64,000 bases of DNA from Thermoanaerobaculia bacterium (lineage in GTDB: Bacteria > Acidobacteriota > Thermoanaerobaculia > Multivoradales > Multivoraceae): contig OY762911.1 in assembly GCA_963666565.1 (NCBI GenBank), forward strand, positions 2,016,001 through 2,080,000, in the 5' to 3' direction. Shown here piece by piece: positions 55,948 to 64,000 of this stretch. Below the pieces are notes generated by a model. It was not told the origin of the DNA. It was given only the letters and a program-made list of their open reading frames with translations, and searched no databases. A program made the position numbers and the translations under genes. Every line of letters starts with the position of its first letter. The stretch's first letter is position 1.

Positions 55948-58641
55948 TCAGGAGTCGCCGGGGATCAGGCCCATGTCCCAGGCCCGCCGGACGGCCTCCG
56001 CCCGATTGCGGGTGCCGAGCTTGGCGAAGATGCTCCGCAGGTTGTACCTCACGCCATGCGTCGTCAGACCCAGTTCGGCGGCGATCTCCTTGTCGCGGCG
56101 ACCCGGCAACCGGTGCAGCACTTCAAGTTCGCGCTCGCTGAGCGACGGCGCCGAACCATCGTCCGCGTCGCACATCGCCAGGAGCGAACGGGCGGCTGGC
56201 CGGTGGGAGGCGTCCGCGCCGAGCTCGAGGTACATCCGCAACGCGTCCGCGCAGGTTGCCTGGTCCCGCACCAGGGGCCAGGCGTAGGGCGACTCGACGA
56301 ACAGCCTTAGGTACTCCGTCAGATGCCGCAGGCTCGCCTGGGTGTCGCCGGCCTGCTGTTCCAGCGAGACGGACAGCGCCAGGGCGCGCATCTCGACGGT
56401 GCGGAGGCCCAGCTCGGCCGCAACCGAGCGTAGCCGGCGCAGCAACGAGCGCCCTTCCTCCCACCGTCGGCCCGCGATCGACAATCGGGCGCGAGCTTCC
56501 GAAACGGCCTCCATTTCCCTCCAGCTCTGAGCCGTCAGATCCACGCAGTCCTCAGGCTCCTCCGGCAACGCCTCCCGCCGCCAGGCGCGCTCGGCTTCCG
56601 TCGTGCGGCCGGCGATCGCCAGCACCGATATCCGGAGCGCGACGATCAGTCTCAGGAAGGCGGTCAATCCGGCCCTGCGTGAACGAAGCACCAGCTTGTC
56701 TGCCACGGCGAGAGCCTCTTCGACCTGTCCGGACCCGAGTCTGGCGCCGATCAACACGTTGCTGGCCGTTGCGAAGTACGAGAAGGGCACGCCGTGGCGC
56801 GTCAACACGCTCAGTACGCCGGGCGGGTTGGCGGCTGCCGAAGCCGGGTTGCATTCCAGGGCGATTTCGTGCCGCACGAGATCGCAGCTCGTGGTCGCCG
56901 TGGGATCGAGCATGAAGCACTTCCTGGCAATCCGCCGTGCTCTGCGGCAGTGTGCCCGGGCGTCCCGTGGCCGGCCCCTCACGAAGTCGATCTGGCCATG
57001 CAGGATTCCTCCGTACAGCGCGATGTAGTCGGTACCGGTGGACTCGAGCGCCGCGGAGAGCGTGTCGAGAGCGTCGGCGAACTCTCCCTTCAGAAAGTGG
57101 AGGATGCACAGCCCGTACTCGAACCCGCCGCGCTTGGCCGGGGCCAGATCCGCATCCGCCGTCAGCCGGGCGATGTCGCGAAGCAGGGCCTCCGACGAGT
57201 CCGACCCGACGGGAGATATCCCGTACAGGGCCAGGCAGAAGCGAGCGGTGAGATGCTCCAGGCGGTAGCGGAAGTCGTCCTCGTCGTCGCTGGCGGGGAC
57301 AGGACGGGGACACGTCCGGTAGAGATCCCGAGCTTGGTCGCCACGTCCGGTAAGCGCCAGCGTGACGCATCTGAGGAGCTTGAGTCGCGGCGATTCGGCG
57401 ACGACAGCCTCGCTCAACAGGCGGTTCGCTTGCTGCAACTCCGGGACGCCGTTGCGCATCCACAAGCGTACCCCGCCCGCCTGTTCGGCAATCCGACCGG
57501 CGAGGAACGGATCGCGCCCCTCGATCGCGTGGCGCATGGCCGCTATCGTCTCGCGGCGTTTCGCCAGGGCGGCGGCGATGCGCCGATGGATGGCGGCGAA
57601 GCGTTCCGGGTCTTCGCGAAGCCGCCTGGCGGCGCAGTGCTCTCGCACCAGCGGATGCAGCCGCCAGCGCCGGGTTTCGCCGTCGCTCAGCGGCTCAAGC
57701 AGCCCGGTCAGCGCGGCCATCGACTCGAAGCGGCGCATCGAGTCGTTTCGTTGCAGGACTTCGTCCAACAGCGCCGCGTCGGTCCAGTCGAGCAGGGACA
57801 TGTCCAGAACGAAGTCCCGGTCGCCGCGCCCGAGAGGCGCGAACAGGCGGGACTCGATCCAGTTTCCGAGGAAGCCATGCCCACTGTCGCGGTCGTCGTG
57901 CGCTTCGTGTTGCATACCGTTGCGGGCAATGCGCAGTGCGACCGGCCATCCGGCTGAACGGTCGATCTCTCTCGCCAGGGCTCGGCGGGAAAGGCGGAGA
58001 CCGAAGAACCTGGCCACCTCCGCTCGGGAGAACCTCAGGTCTTCGGTTTCCACGGCCTCCGCGTGGCCCGCCAGCAGGGGACTGGCCACATCGAGGCCGT
58101 CCGGGATCTCCCGGCCCGCCAAAGCCAGGTGCAGATTGGAGGGGCCGCGTTGCAGGAGCAACGTCAGGAGCGGGACGGAGGCGGGATTCAGACGCTCCAG
58201 CTCGTCGAACGCAATGACGAAGGGTCTTCCGAGGGACTCGATTCCGTGCAGAACGGTGCCGATCCGGCTCGCCGGTCCAGCGCGCGTTTCCCTCACGGGC
58301 GGCACGTCGCCCAGGTTCAACCCGGCCTCGGCGCAGGCGAAGGCGATGTAAACGTCGAGTACGCCGGGCTCGTCGTTCTCGTCCAGCGAAATCCAGGCCG
58401 TGGCGACCCCGTCCCGGCGGACTCGGCGGCAGCACTCCGCCATCAGGGTCGTCTTCCCGAAACCGCCGGAGGCCCTCAGCACCGAGAGCTTGCGGCGCGT
58501 GGGCAGCGCCCGCTTCTCGAGTTCCGGCCGGCTGAGGTAGCCGGCCACCCTGTCCGGGATCGCGACCTTCCGCCGCAGCAGCCAAGGGAACGCGCGCGCG
58601 GGGAAGGACTCCGCGGGCATTCCTCGCGACGCTCCGGTCAT
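55948..58641 (-). CDS. MalT-like LuxR family (LAL) transcriptional regulator
   Basis: ASGGFGKTT P-loop, AWISLD, DLRFS, GWPVAL, HPLVRE; C-terminal LSERELEVL...KEIAAELG...NRAEAV HTH. Confidence 0.9.
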   Translation of the reverse strand: MTGASRGMPAESFPARAFPWLLRRKVAIPDRVAGYLSRPELEKRALPTRRKLSVLRASGGFGKTTLMAECCRRVRRDGVATAWISLDENDEPGVLDVYIAFACAEAGLNLGDVPPVRETRAGPASRIGTVLHGIESLGRPFVIAFDELERLNPASVPLLTLLLQRGPSNLHLALAGREIPDGLDVASPLLAGHAEAVETEDLRFSRAEVARFFGLRLSRRALAREIDRSAGWPVALRIARNGMQHEAHDDRDSGHGFLGNWIESRLFAPLGRGDRDFVLDMSLLDWTDAALLDEVLQRNDSMRRFESMAALTGLLEPLSDGETRRWRLHPLVREHCAARRLREDPERFAAIHRRIAAALAKRRETIAAMRHAIEGRDPFLAGRIAEQAGGVRLWMRNGVPELQQANRLLSEAVVAESPRLKLLRCVTLALTGRGDQARDLYRTCPRPVPASDDEDDFRYRLEHLTARFCLALYGISPVGSDSSEALLRDIARLTADADLAPAKRGGFEYGLCILHFLKGEFADALDTLSAALESTGTDYIALYGGILHGQIDFVRGRPRDARAHCRRARRIARKCFMLDPTATTSCDLVRHEIALECNPASAAANPPGVLSVLTRHGVPFSYFATASNVLIGARLGSGQVEEALAVADKLVLRSRRAGLTAFLRLIVALRISVLAIAGRTTEAERAWRREALPEEPEDCVDLTAQSWREMEAVSEARARLSIAGRRWEEGRSLLRRLRSVAAELGLRTVEMRALALSVSLEQQAGDTQASLRHLTEYLRLFVESPYAWPLVRDQATCADALRMYLELGADASHRPAARSLLAMCDADDGSAPSLSERELEVLHRLPGRRDKEIAAELGLTTHGVRYNLRSIFAKLGTRNRAEAVRRAWDMGLIPGDS

Positions 58642-58684
58642 TCGGCGATCTTACCGGGGACGCCTACTGCTAGATTGCCCGCCC

Positions 58685-60355
58685 ATGAGCGACTGGCATC
58701 ACGCGGACATTCTCGAAGCGATCGCCCGGCACCAGCCGGAGGCGCCGGCGCAAGCCTTCGTCGATCCCCTGGGCGGCGAACCGGCGCGCCGCTACTCGCA
58801 GGCCGAGCTGCACCGTCGCGCGAACGGCGTCGCGGCGACGCTGATCGCGCGCGGCGCGAAGCGCCAGGACAAGGTTGCACAGTACCTCTACAACGTGCCG
58901 GAGTACCTGGAGTCCGTCCTCGCCTGCTTCAAGGCGTCGCTGGTGCCGGTGAACACGAACTACCGCTACGTGGAGAGCGAGCTCCTCTACCTGTGGGACA
59001 ACGCCGACGTCGTGGCGGTTGTCTTCCACGGCTGCTTCGCCTCGCGGATCGCGGACCTGCGGGCGAAGATGCCGGCGATCCACACTTGGCTGTGGGTCGA
59101 CGACGGCTCGGGTCCCTGCCCCGAGTGGGCGATCCCCTACGAGCAGGCGGCCGCCGCGGCGTCCGGCGAGCCCGGCGACTCGCTGGCCTTCGAGGCGCCT
59201 TGGCCGCGCAGCGGCGACGATCTGTGGCTGCTCTACACCGGCGGCACGACCGGCATGCCGAAGGGCGTCATGTGGCGGCTCGACGACCTCTGGCTGCTCG
59301 GCAACGAAGGCCGGCCCGAGCCGTTCGACCTCTCGGGCGGCGTCGAGGGCCTCGTGCCCCAGTTCGACGAACTCCTCATGCGGCGCGTCTCGCTTCCCGC
59401 CTGCCCGCTGATGCACGGCACCGGCTTCCTCACCGCGCTCGGCGGCATGTTGAACGGCGGCACGGTGATCACCCTGGCCAACCGCCGCTTCGACGCGGTC
59501 GCGACCCTCGAGGCGATCACCGGCGAGAAGATCAACGGGATGGCGATCGTCGGCGACGCGTTCGCCAGGCCGATGGTGCGGGCGCTGGAGGCGGAACCGG
59601 ACCGCTTCGATCTCTCCAGCCTGGAGGCCGTCGTCTCCTCCGGCGCGATGTGGAGCGCCGAGGTCAAGCGGGCCTTCCTGCGGTTCTGCCCGCCGGAGAC
59701 GATCCTGACGGACAGCCTCGGGTCGTCCGAGTCGATCGGCATGGGCCGTTCGGACTCGACCGCCGGCGAGGAGAGCGAAACGGCCTCCTTCGTGCTCGGC
59801 GACAACGCCTGCGTCATCGACGACGACGGCAACAAGGTCGAACCGGGCTCGGGCGTGCTCGGCCGCATCGCCGTGACCGGTCACATCCCGCTCGGCTACT
59901 ACAAGGACCCCGAGAAGACCGCGGCCATATTCACCGAAGTCGACGGCGTCCGCTACTCGATGGCGGGCGACTACGCCACCGTCGAGGCGGACGGCTCCCT
60001 CAAGCTCTACGGCCGCGGCTCCGTGTGCATCAACAGCGGCGGCGAGAAGATCTTCCCCGAGGAGGTCGAGGAAGTGCTGAAGACCCACCCTTCGGTCCGC
60101 GACGCGGTGTGCGTCGGCGTGCCGGACGAGCGCTTCGGTCAGGCGGTGACGGCGGTCGTCGAGCTGGACGACGCCGCCCGCTTCAGCGAGCCGGACGTCA
60201 TCGGCTGGGTCAAGCGGGAACTGGCGTCCTACAAGGCGCCCAAGCGCGTCCTGGTGCGGGACAGCGTGGGCCGGGCCGCGAACGGCAAGGCCGACTACAA
60301 CGGCCTGCGCGAGTGGGCGGTCGGCGAGCTCGCCGCGGGCGAGGCGGCGCCGTGA
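58685..60355 (+). CDS. Acyl-CoA synthetase (FadD19-like)
   Basis: YTGGTTGMPKG, GYYKDPEKT, GD, INSGGEKIFPEEVE, NGK. Confidence 0.92.
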   Translation: MSDWHHADILEAIARHQPEAPAQAFVDPLGGEPARRYSQAELHRRANGVAATLIARGAKRQDKVAQYLYNVPEYLESVLACFKASLVPVNTNYRYVESELLYLWDNADVVAVVFHGCFASRIADLRAKMPAIHTWLWVDDGSGPCPEWAIPYEQAAAAASGEPGDSLAFEAPWPRSGDDLWLLYTGGTTGMPKGVMWRLDDLWLLGNEGRPEPFDLSGGVEGLVPQFDELLMRRVSLPACPLMHGTGFLTALGGMLNGGTVITLANRRFDAVATLEAITGEKINGMAIVGDAFARPMVRALEAEPDRFDLSSLEAVVSSGAMWSAEVKRAFLRFCPPETILTDSLGSSESIGMGRSDSTAGEESETASFVLGDNACVIDDDGNKVEPGSGVLGRIAVTGHIPLGYYKDPEKTAAIFTEVDGVRYSMAGDYATVEADGSLKLYGRGSVCINSGGEKIFPEEVEEVLKTHPSVRDAVCVGVPDERFGQAVTAVVELDDAARFSEPDVIGWVKRELASYKAPKRVLVRDSVGRAANGKADYNGLREWAVGELAAGEAAP

Positions 60356-61416
60356 ACCGGACCTCCAGGCGGAAGGTCGTCGTTCAGCTTCCCGCGATCG
60401 CCAAGGCCGCGGCCTCGGTCGACACCCGCTACTCCTTCGAGCTCGAGGCGCTGCTTCCGGTGGCGGACCTGGTCGAGGTCGCCGCGACCTCGGAGGAGGA
60501 GTTCCTGGCCGAGGCGTCGGACGCGGCCGCCGTCATCACCTCCTGGGGCTTCCGCATCGGCCGCTCGGTGATCGCCGGTCTCGACGAGTGCATCGTCATC
60601 GGCGTCGGCAGCGTCGGCGTCGACATGGTCGACGTCGAGGCGGCGACGGAGGCGGGCATCGTCGTCACCAACGTCCCGGACGTGTTCATCGAGGAGGTGG
60701 CCGACCACACGATGGCGCTGCTCCTCGCCGGCGCGCGGCGGATGCGCGAGATGGACTCCATGGTCCGCCGCGGCGACTGGTTCCAGGGGCGGCCGCTGCT
60801 GAACGAGGTGCCGCGGCTGTGGGGCCAGACCCTGGGGCTCGTCTCGTTCGGCAACGTGGCTCGGGCGGTGGCGCGGCGGGCGAAGCCCTTCGGCATCCAC
60901 GTCATCGCGCACGACCCGTACGTCAGCGAGCTGAAGATGACGGGAGAGGGCGTCGAGCCGGTCAGTTTCGACGAACTTCTGGAGCGCTCCGACTACCTCT
61001 CCATGCACGCGCCGCTCAACGCGGAGACCCGGCACATGCTCTCGGGGCCGGAGTTCGCGGCGATGAAGGAGACCGCGGTGGTGATCAACGCCGGCCGCGG
61101 ACCGACGATCGACGAGGCGGCCATGATCGAAGCGCTCGAGTCGGGCGGCATCGCCGGCGCCGCCCTCGACGTGCTGGAACGGGAGCCGCCGGCCGAAGAC
61201 AACCCGCTCCTCGGCATGGACAACGTGATCCTGACCCCGCACGTCGCCTCGGCGACGACGCGCATGAGGCCCGTGACCCGGCGCCGCGTGGGCCGCGAGG
61301 TCGCCCTGGCCCTCTCCGGCCGCTGGCCGATGAGCTGCGTCAACCCGACCGTGCTGCCGCGGGTCGAACTCGAACGCTGGCAGCCGGTGCCGATGGAGCG
61401 CGGCCCGAACCGCTGA
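60352..61416 (+). CDS. D-isomer-specific 2-hydroxyacid dehydrogenase (CtBP-like)
   Basis: GTGA overlap; VTNVPD...EEVADH, LGLVSFGNVA, HAPL, NAGRG, DVLEREP, TPHVA. Confidence 0.9.
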   Translation: MNRTSRRKVVVQLPAIAKAAASVDTRYSFELEALLPVADLVEVAATSEEEFLAEASDAAAVITSWGFRIGRSVIAGLDECIVIGVGSVGVDMVDVEAATEAGIVVTNVPDVFIEEVADHTMALLLAGARRMREMDSMVRRGDWFQGRPLLNEVPRLWGQTLGLVSFGNVARAVARRAKPFGIHVIAHDPYVSELKMTGEGVEPVSFDELLERSDYLSMHAPLNAETRHMLSGPEFAAMKETAVVINAGRGPTIDEAAMIEALESGGIAGAALDVLEREPPAEDNPLLGMDNVILTPHVASATTRMRPVTRRRVGREVALALSGRWPMSCVNPTVLPRVELERWQPVPMERGPNR

Positions 61417-61418
61417 CG

Positions 61419-61913
61419 CTACCCGGCCCGTTTCGGCGTGCTGAACCAGTCCAGCCGGCCGGAGTACGGCTCGATCTCGCTCCAGGACGCGACGTCGAGG
61501 TGTACGCAGGCCGCCGCCGCGGTGACGAACCGGGGCGGCTCGTCGCCGGTGAGCCGCCGGACCAGTTCCGCGCAGGTCGGCTGGTGGCCGACGATGAGGA
61601 TCGAGTGCGCGTCGTCGGACTGCCCGCCGAGCAGGTCGATCGCGGCGCCCGGCGAGGCGAGGTAGAGCGCCGGTTCCAGGATCGTCGTGCGGTTCCAGTC
61701 CCCGGCGGCGACCGCCAGATCGATCGTCTGCCGTGTGCGCACCGCCGTCGAACAGAGGATTCGGTCGGGCACGGCCTGCCGCTCCGCGAACCGGCGGCCC
61801 ATCTTCCGGGCCGCCTTGACGCCCCGGGCGTTCAGCGGCCGCTCGTGGTCGACCCCGCCGTAGGCGGCGGTCCAGTCCGACTTCGCATGCCGCAGCACGT
61901 AGAGGACCCGCAC
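61419..61913 (-). CDS. sixA: SixA-like histidine phosphatase
   Basis: LRHAKS, DHERPLNARG, STAVRTRQT, VGHQP. Confidence 0.85.
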   Translation of the reverse strand: MRVLYVLRHAKSDWTAAYGGVDHERPLNARGVKAARKMGRRFAERQAVPDRILCSTAVRTRQTIDLAVAAGDWNRTTILEPALYLASPGAAIDLLGGQSDDAHSILIVGHQPTCAELVRRLTGDEPPRFVTAAAACVHLDVASWSEIEPYSGRLDWFSTPKRAG

Positions 61914-61962
61914 CGGGCCACGGTAGCAGCGTTCGCGCATGGAACGGCTCGCTGCTCTCCCT

Positions 61963-62004
61963 CCGCCTCCGGCGGGAGCGGGTCAGAAGACCCGCGCACC
62001 CAGC
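61963..62004 (-). repeat. Single REP subfamily 1 copy
   Basis: ccgcctccggcgggagcgggtcagaagacccgcgcacccagc. Confidence 0.85.
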
Positions 62005-62022
62005 CTGTGGCATTCTCCTGCC

Positions 62023-63558
62023 ATGCAGAGGGCGGATCGATGGTGGCGGGCCGAGTGGTTCGTCCTTCTCGGTTTGGCGGCAGCGGCGACGGCAGCGGCG
62101 CAGCCACCGCGCCAGCCGGCCGACTCCGCCGCGAATCCCAGCCTGGAGACCTTCGACTTCGCCTGGCAGAGGATCGCCGACACCTTCTGGGACGAAGACA
62201 TGGCCGGCGTCGACTGGCACGCCGTGCGCGACGAGCTGCGGCCGCTCGCCCGCGACGCCGGCGGCGCCGACGAACTCCGGCCCGTGCTGCGGGACATGCT
62301 CTCGCGGCTCGGCCAGTCCCACTTCGGCGTGCTGCCGGGGCCCGGTTCGGCGGCGAGCCGCGAGGGCTCGCCCGCCGGGTCGGGCGCCGGCGGCGGGGCG
62401 CTCCACGTCTGTACGCCCGCTCTCGCGCGCGCCGTGGCCGGCGGCGGCGGATCGCCCCTCTCCGACGCCGGCCCCGGCTTCGACTTCCGCTTCCTCGACT
62501 CGGCCGCCGTGGTCACCCGCGTCGAGCCCGGTTCCGCCGCGGAGCGCGCGGGCCTCGCCGCCGGCCTGGAGGTCGTGCGCGTCGGGGACCAGGACCTGGC
62601 GCCGCTGGCCCGCTGCCTGGGCCTCGAGTCCGCGGACGGGCCGGTCGCCGCGACGCTGCGCTCTCGAGTCGTGGAGGGCCTGCTGTACGGCCGCGCCGGC
62701 GAGCCGGTGACGGTCGAGTTCGCGGACCGCGACGGCAGCCGGCGCCTGCTCGAACTCGAGCGGCACCACCGCCCGGACGCGGTCGAGATCGCCTTCGGGA
62801 ACCTGCCGCCGGTGCGCTATCGGTTCGAGAGCGAGGTCGTCGAGACCCCGGCGGGCCGCGTGCTGGCGGTGCGCTTCAACGTCTGGATGCTGCCCGTCGT
62901 GCAGGCCTTCGGCGCCGCCCTCTACGGCGACCCGCCCGCCGGCACGGCGCCGTTCGACGGCGTGCTCATCGATCTGCGCGGCAACCCGGGCGGCGTCGGC
63001 GGCACGGCCATCGGCGTCGCCGGCTACCTCCTGGACGAGCCGGCCGAACTGGGCCGGATGGTGAACCGGGGCAGCGACTTCCGCTTCCGGGTCACGCCGC
63101 GCCGATCGTCGAGCGGCGGTCGGAGATTGACGCCGTTCGCCGGCCCGGTGGCCGTGCTCGTCGACGGCGGCAGCGCCAGCACGAGCGAGATCTTCGCGGC
63201 CGGACTCCAGGATCACGGCCGCGCCCGCATCTTCGGCCAGCCGACGATGGCCGCGGCCCTTCCCTCGGTGATCGAGAGGATGCCGAACGGCGACCTGCTG
63301 ATGCGGGCCGTCGCCGACTTCGTGCGCCCGAACGGCGAGCGGGTCGAGGGCCGGCCCATCGCGCCCGATTCACCCCATCCTCTGACCCGCGAGGGGCTGG
63401 CGGCGGGCCGGGACGAGCCGCGCGAGGCGGCCCTGGCCTGGATCGTCTCCGAATTGGACGGGACGGCGCCGCCGGCCGCCAGTCCCGGAGAGTCCGGGGC
63501 GGAAGGGCGCGGAGAGTCCAGTGCGGGCGGCCGCGGAGAGTCCGGGGCGGAAGGATAG
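62023..63558 (+). CDS. S41 family peptidase with PDZ domain
   Basis: Signal peptide; PDZ VEPGSAAERAGL; IDLRGNPGG; SASTSE; IFGQPT; C-terminal 24-bp repeat (GESGAEGR-like x3). Confidence 0.88.
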   Translation: MQRADRWWRAEWFVLLGLAAAATAAAQPPRQPADSAANPSLETFDFAWQRIADTFWDEDMAGVDWHAVRDELRPLARDAGGADELRPVLRDMLSRLGQSHFGVLPGPGSAASREGSPAGSGAGGGALHVCTPALARAVAGGGGSPLSDAGPGFDFRFLDSAAVVTRVEPGSAAERAGLAAGLEVVRVGDQDLAPLARCLGLESADGPVAATLRSRVVEGLLYGRAGEPVTVEFADRDGSRRLLELERHHRPDAVEIAFGNLPPVRYRFESEVVETPAGRVLAVRFNVWMLPVVQAFGAALYGDPPAGTAPFDGVLIDLRGNPGGVGGTAIGVAGYLLDEPAELGRMVNRGSDFRFRVTPRRSSSGGRRLTPFAGPVAVLVDGGSASTSEIFAAGLQDHGRARIFGQPTMAAALPSVIERMPNGDLLMRAVADFVRPNGERVEGRPIAPDSPHPLTREGLAAGRDEPREAALAWIVSELDGTAPPAASPGESGAEGRGESSAGGRGESGAEG

Positions 63559-63564
63559 GCGCGG

Positions 63565-64000
63565 GTGGACTGGCGCCTCTGGAGCGACGGAGTCAGCCTC
63601 GGCCGGTTCGGCGACGAGGGCGCTCTGGGTCCGCCCTGGTTGTGGATCGTCGCCGGTCTGCTGTTGCTGTTCCTGGGGCGCCGGCTCTACACGGCGCTGA
63701 TCGGCCTCGTCGGCTTCTTCGTCGTCTACGGCGTTCCCGAGGACGTGCTGACCCTGCCGGACGAGATGCGGCTGATGGTCGCCGTCGGCGTCGGCGTGCT
63801 GGCCGCGCTGCTCGCCTTCATCGTGCGCAAGGTGGCGGTGGCGCTCGCCGGGGCCCTCCTGGGCGCCGGCGCGGCGCTGTGGGCGATCAGCTTCTTCGGC
63901 GTCGAGTGGGAGGTCCTCTGGTGGATCGTGGTCGCGGTGGCCGCGGTGCTCGGCGCGCTCGTGCTGCGCGCCGTCTTCGAGACGGCGCTGATCGTCGTCT
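63565..64000 (+). CDS. DUF4203-like membrane protein (3' partial)
   Basis: Manual translation from GTG: ...GLLLLFLGRRLY..LIGLVGF...; continuous TM helices to the window edge. Confidence 0.7.
   Translation, partial: MDWRLWSDGVSLGRFGDEGALGPPWLWIVAGLLLLFLGRRLYTALIGLVGFFVVYGVPEDVLTLPDEMRLMVAVGVGVLAALLAFIVRKVAVALAGALLGAGAALWAISFFGVEWEVLWWIVVAVAAVLGALVLRAVFETALIVV

Noticed and set aside
1495-63373. Many long Arg/Pro-rich antisense or alternate-frame ORFs (e.g. 1495-4017, 17073-19412, 36923-39607, 40584-43400, 60295-63216)
   Set aside because: Shadow ORFs expected in very high-GC DNA; they overlap well-supported genes and have no motifs.

Overview
Gene-dense, very GC-rich bacterial window with about 55 credible CDS and no rRNA, tRNA, CRISPR array or transposase that I can see. 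Gene content and a repeated Cys-bracketed 'EVLVKVLDGCxxNGHRWAF' module suggest Acidobacteriota (Thermoanaerobaculia-like, possibly host-associated); this is inference only. The backbone is metabolism, transport and repair: photolyase, GMC oxidoreductase pair, Gfo/Idh/MocA, sulfatase, OYE, TonB-dependent receptor, YcaQ, IcmF and acyl-CoA ligase. Four things stand out. (1) A 12-kb minus-strand cassette (46.7-58.6 kb) headed by a MalT-like LuxR regulator. It encodes three secreted proteins sharing one shuffled ~111-aa domain, and two paralogous exported proteins whose C2-like Ca2+-binding fold appears split by a long coiled coil; both paralogues follow the same 40-bp motif. (2) A dispersed REP/REPIN-like palindrome family (GGGTGC leader + 7-bp hairpin) with a covarying second subfamily inserted in frame into coding sequences. 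(3) An accessory zone at 10-22.5 kb with decayed toxin-antitoxin loci, Fic, a membrane-anchored dCTP-deaminase-fold protein, a GIY-YIG-like protein and short diverged duplicates of neighbouring genes. (4) Many genes that appear leaderless. All calls come from motif reading; no searches were run.
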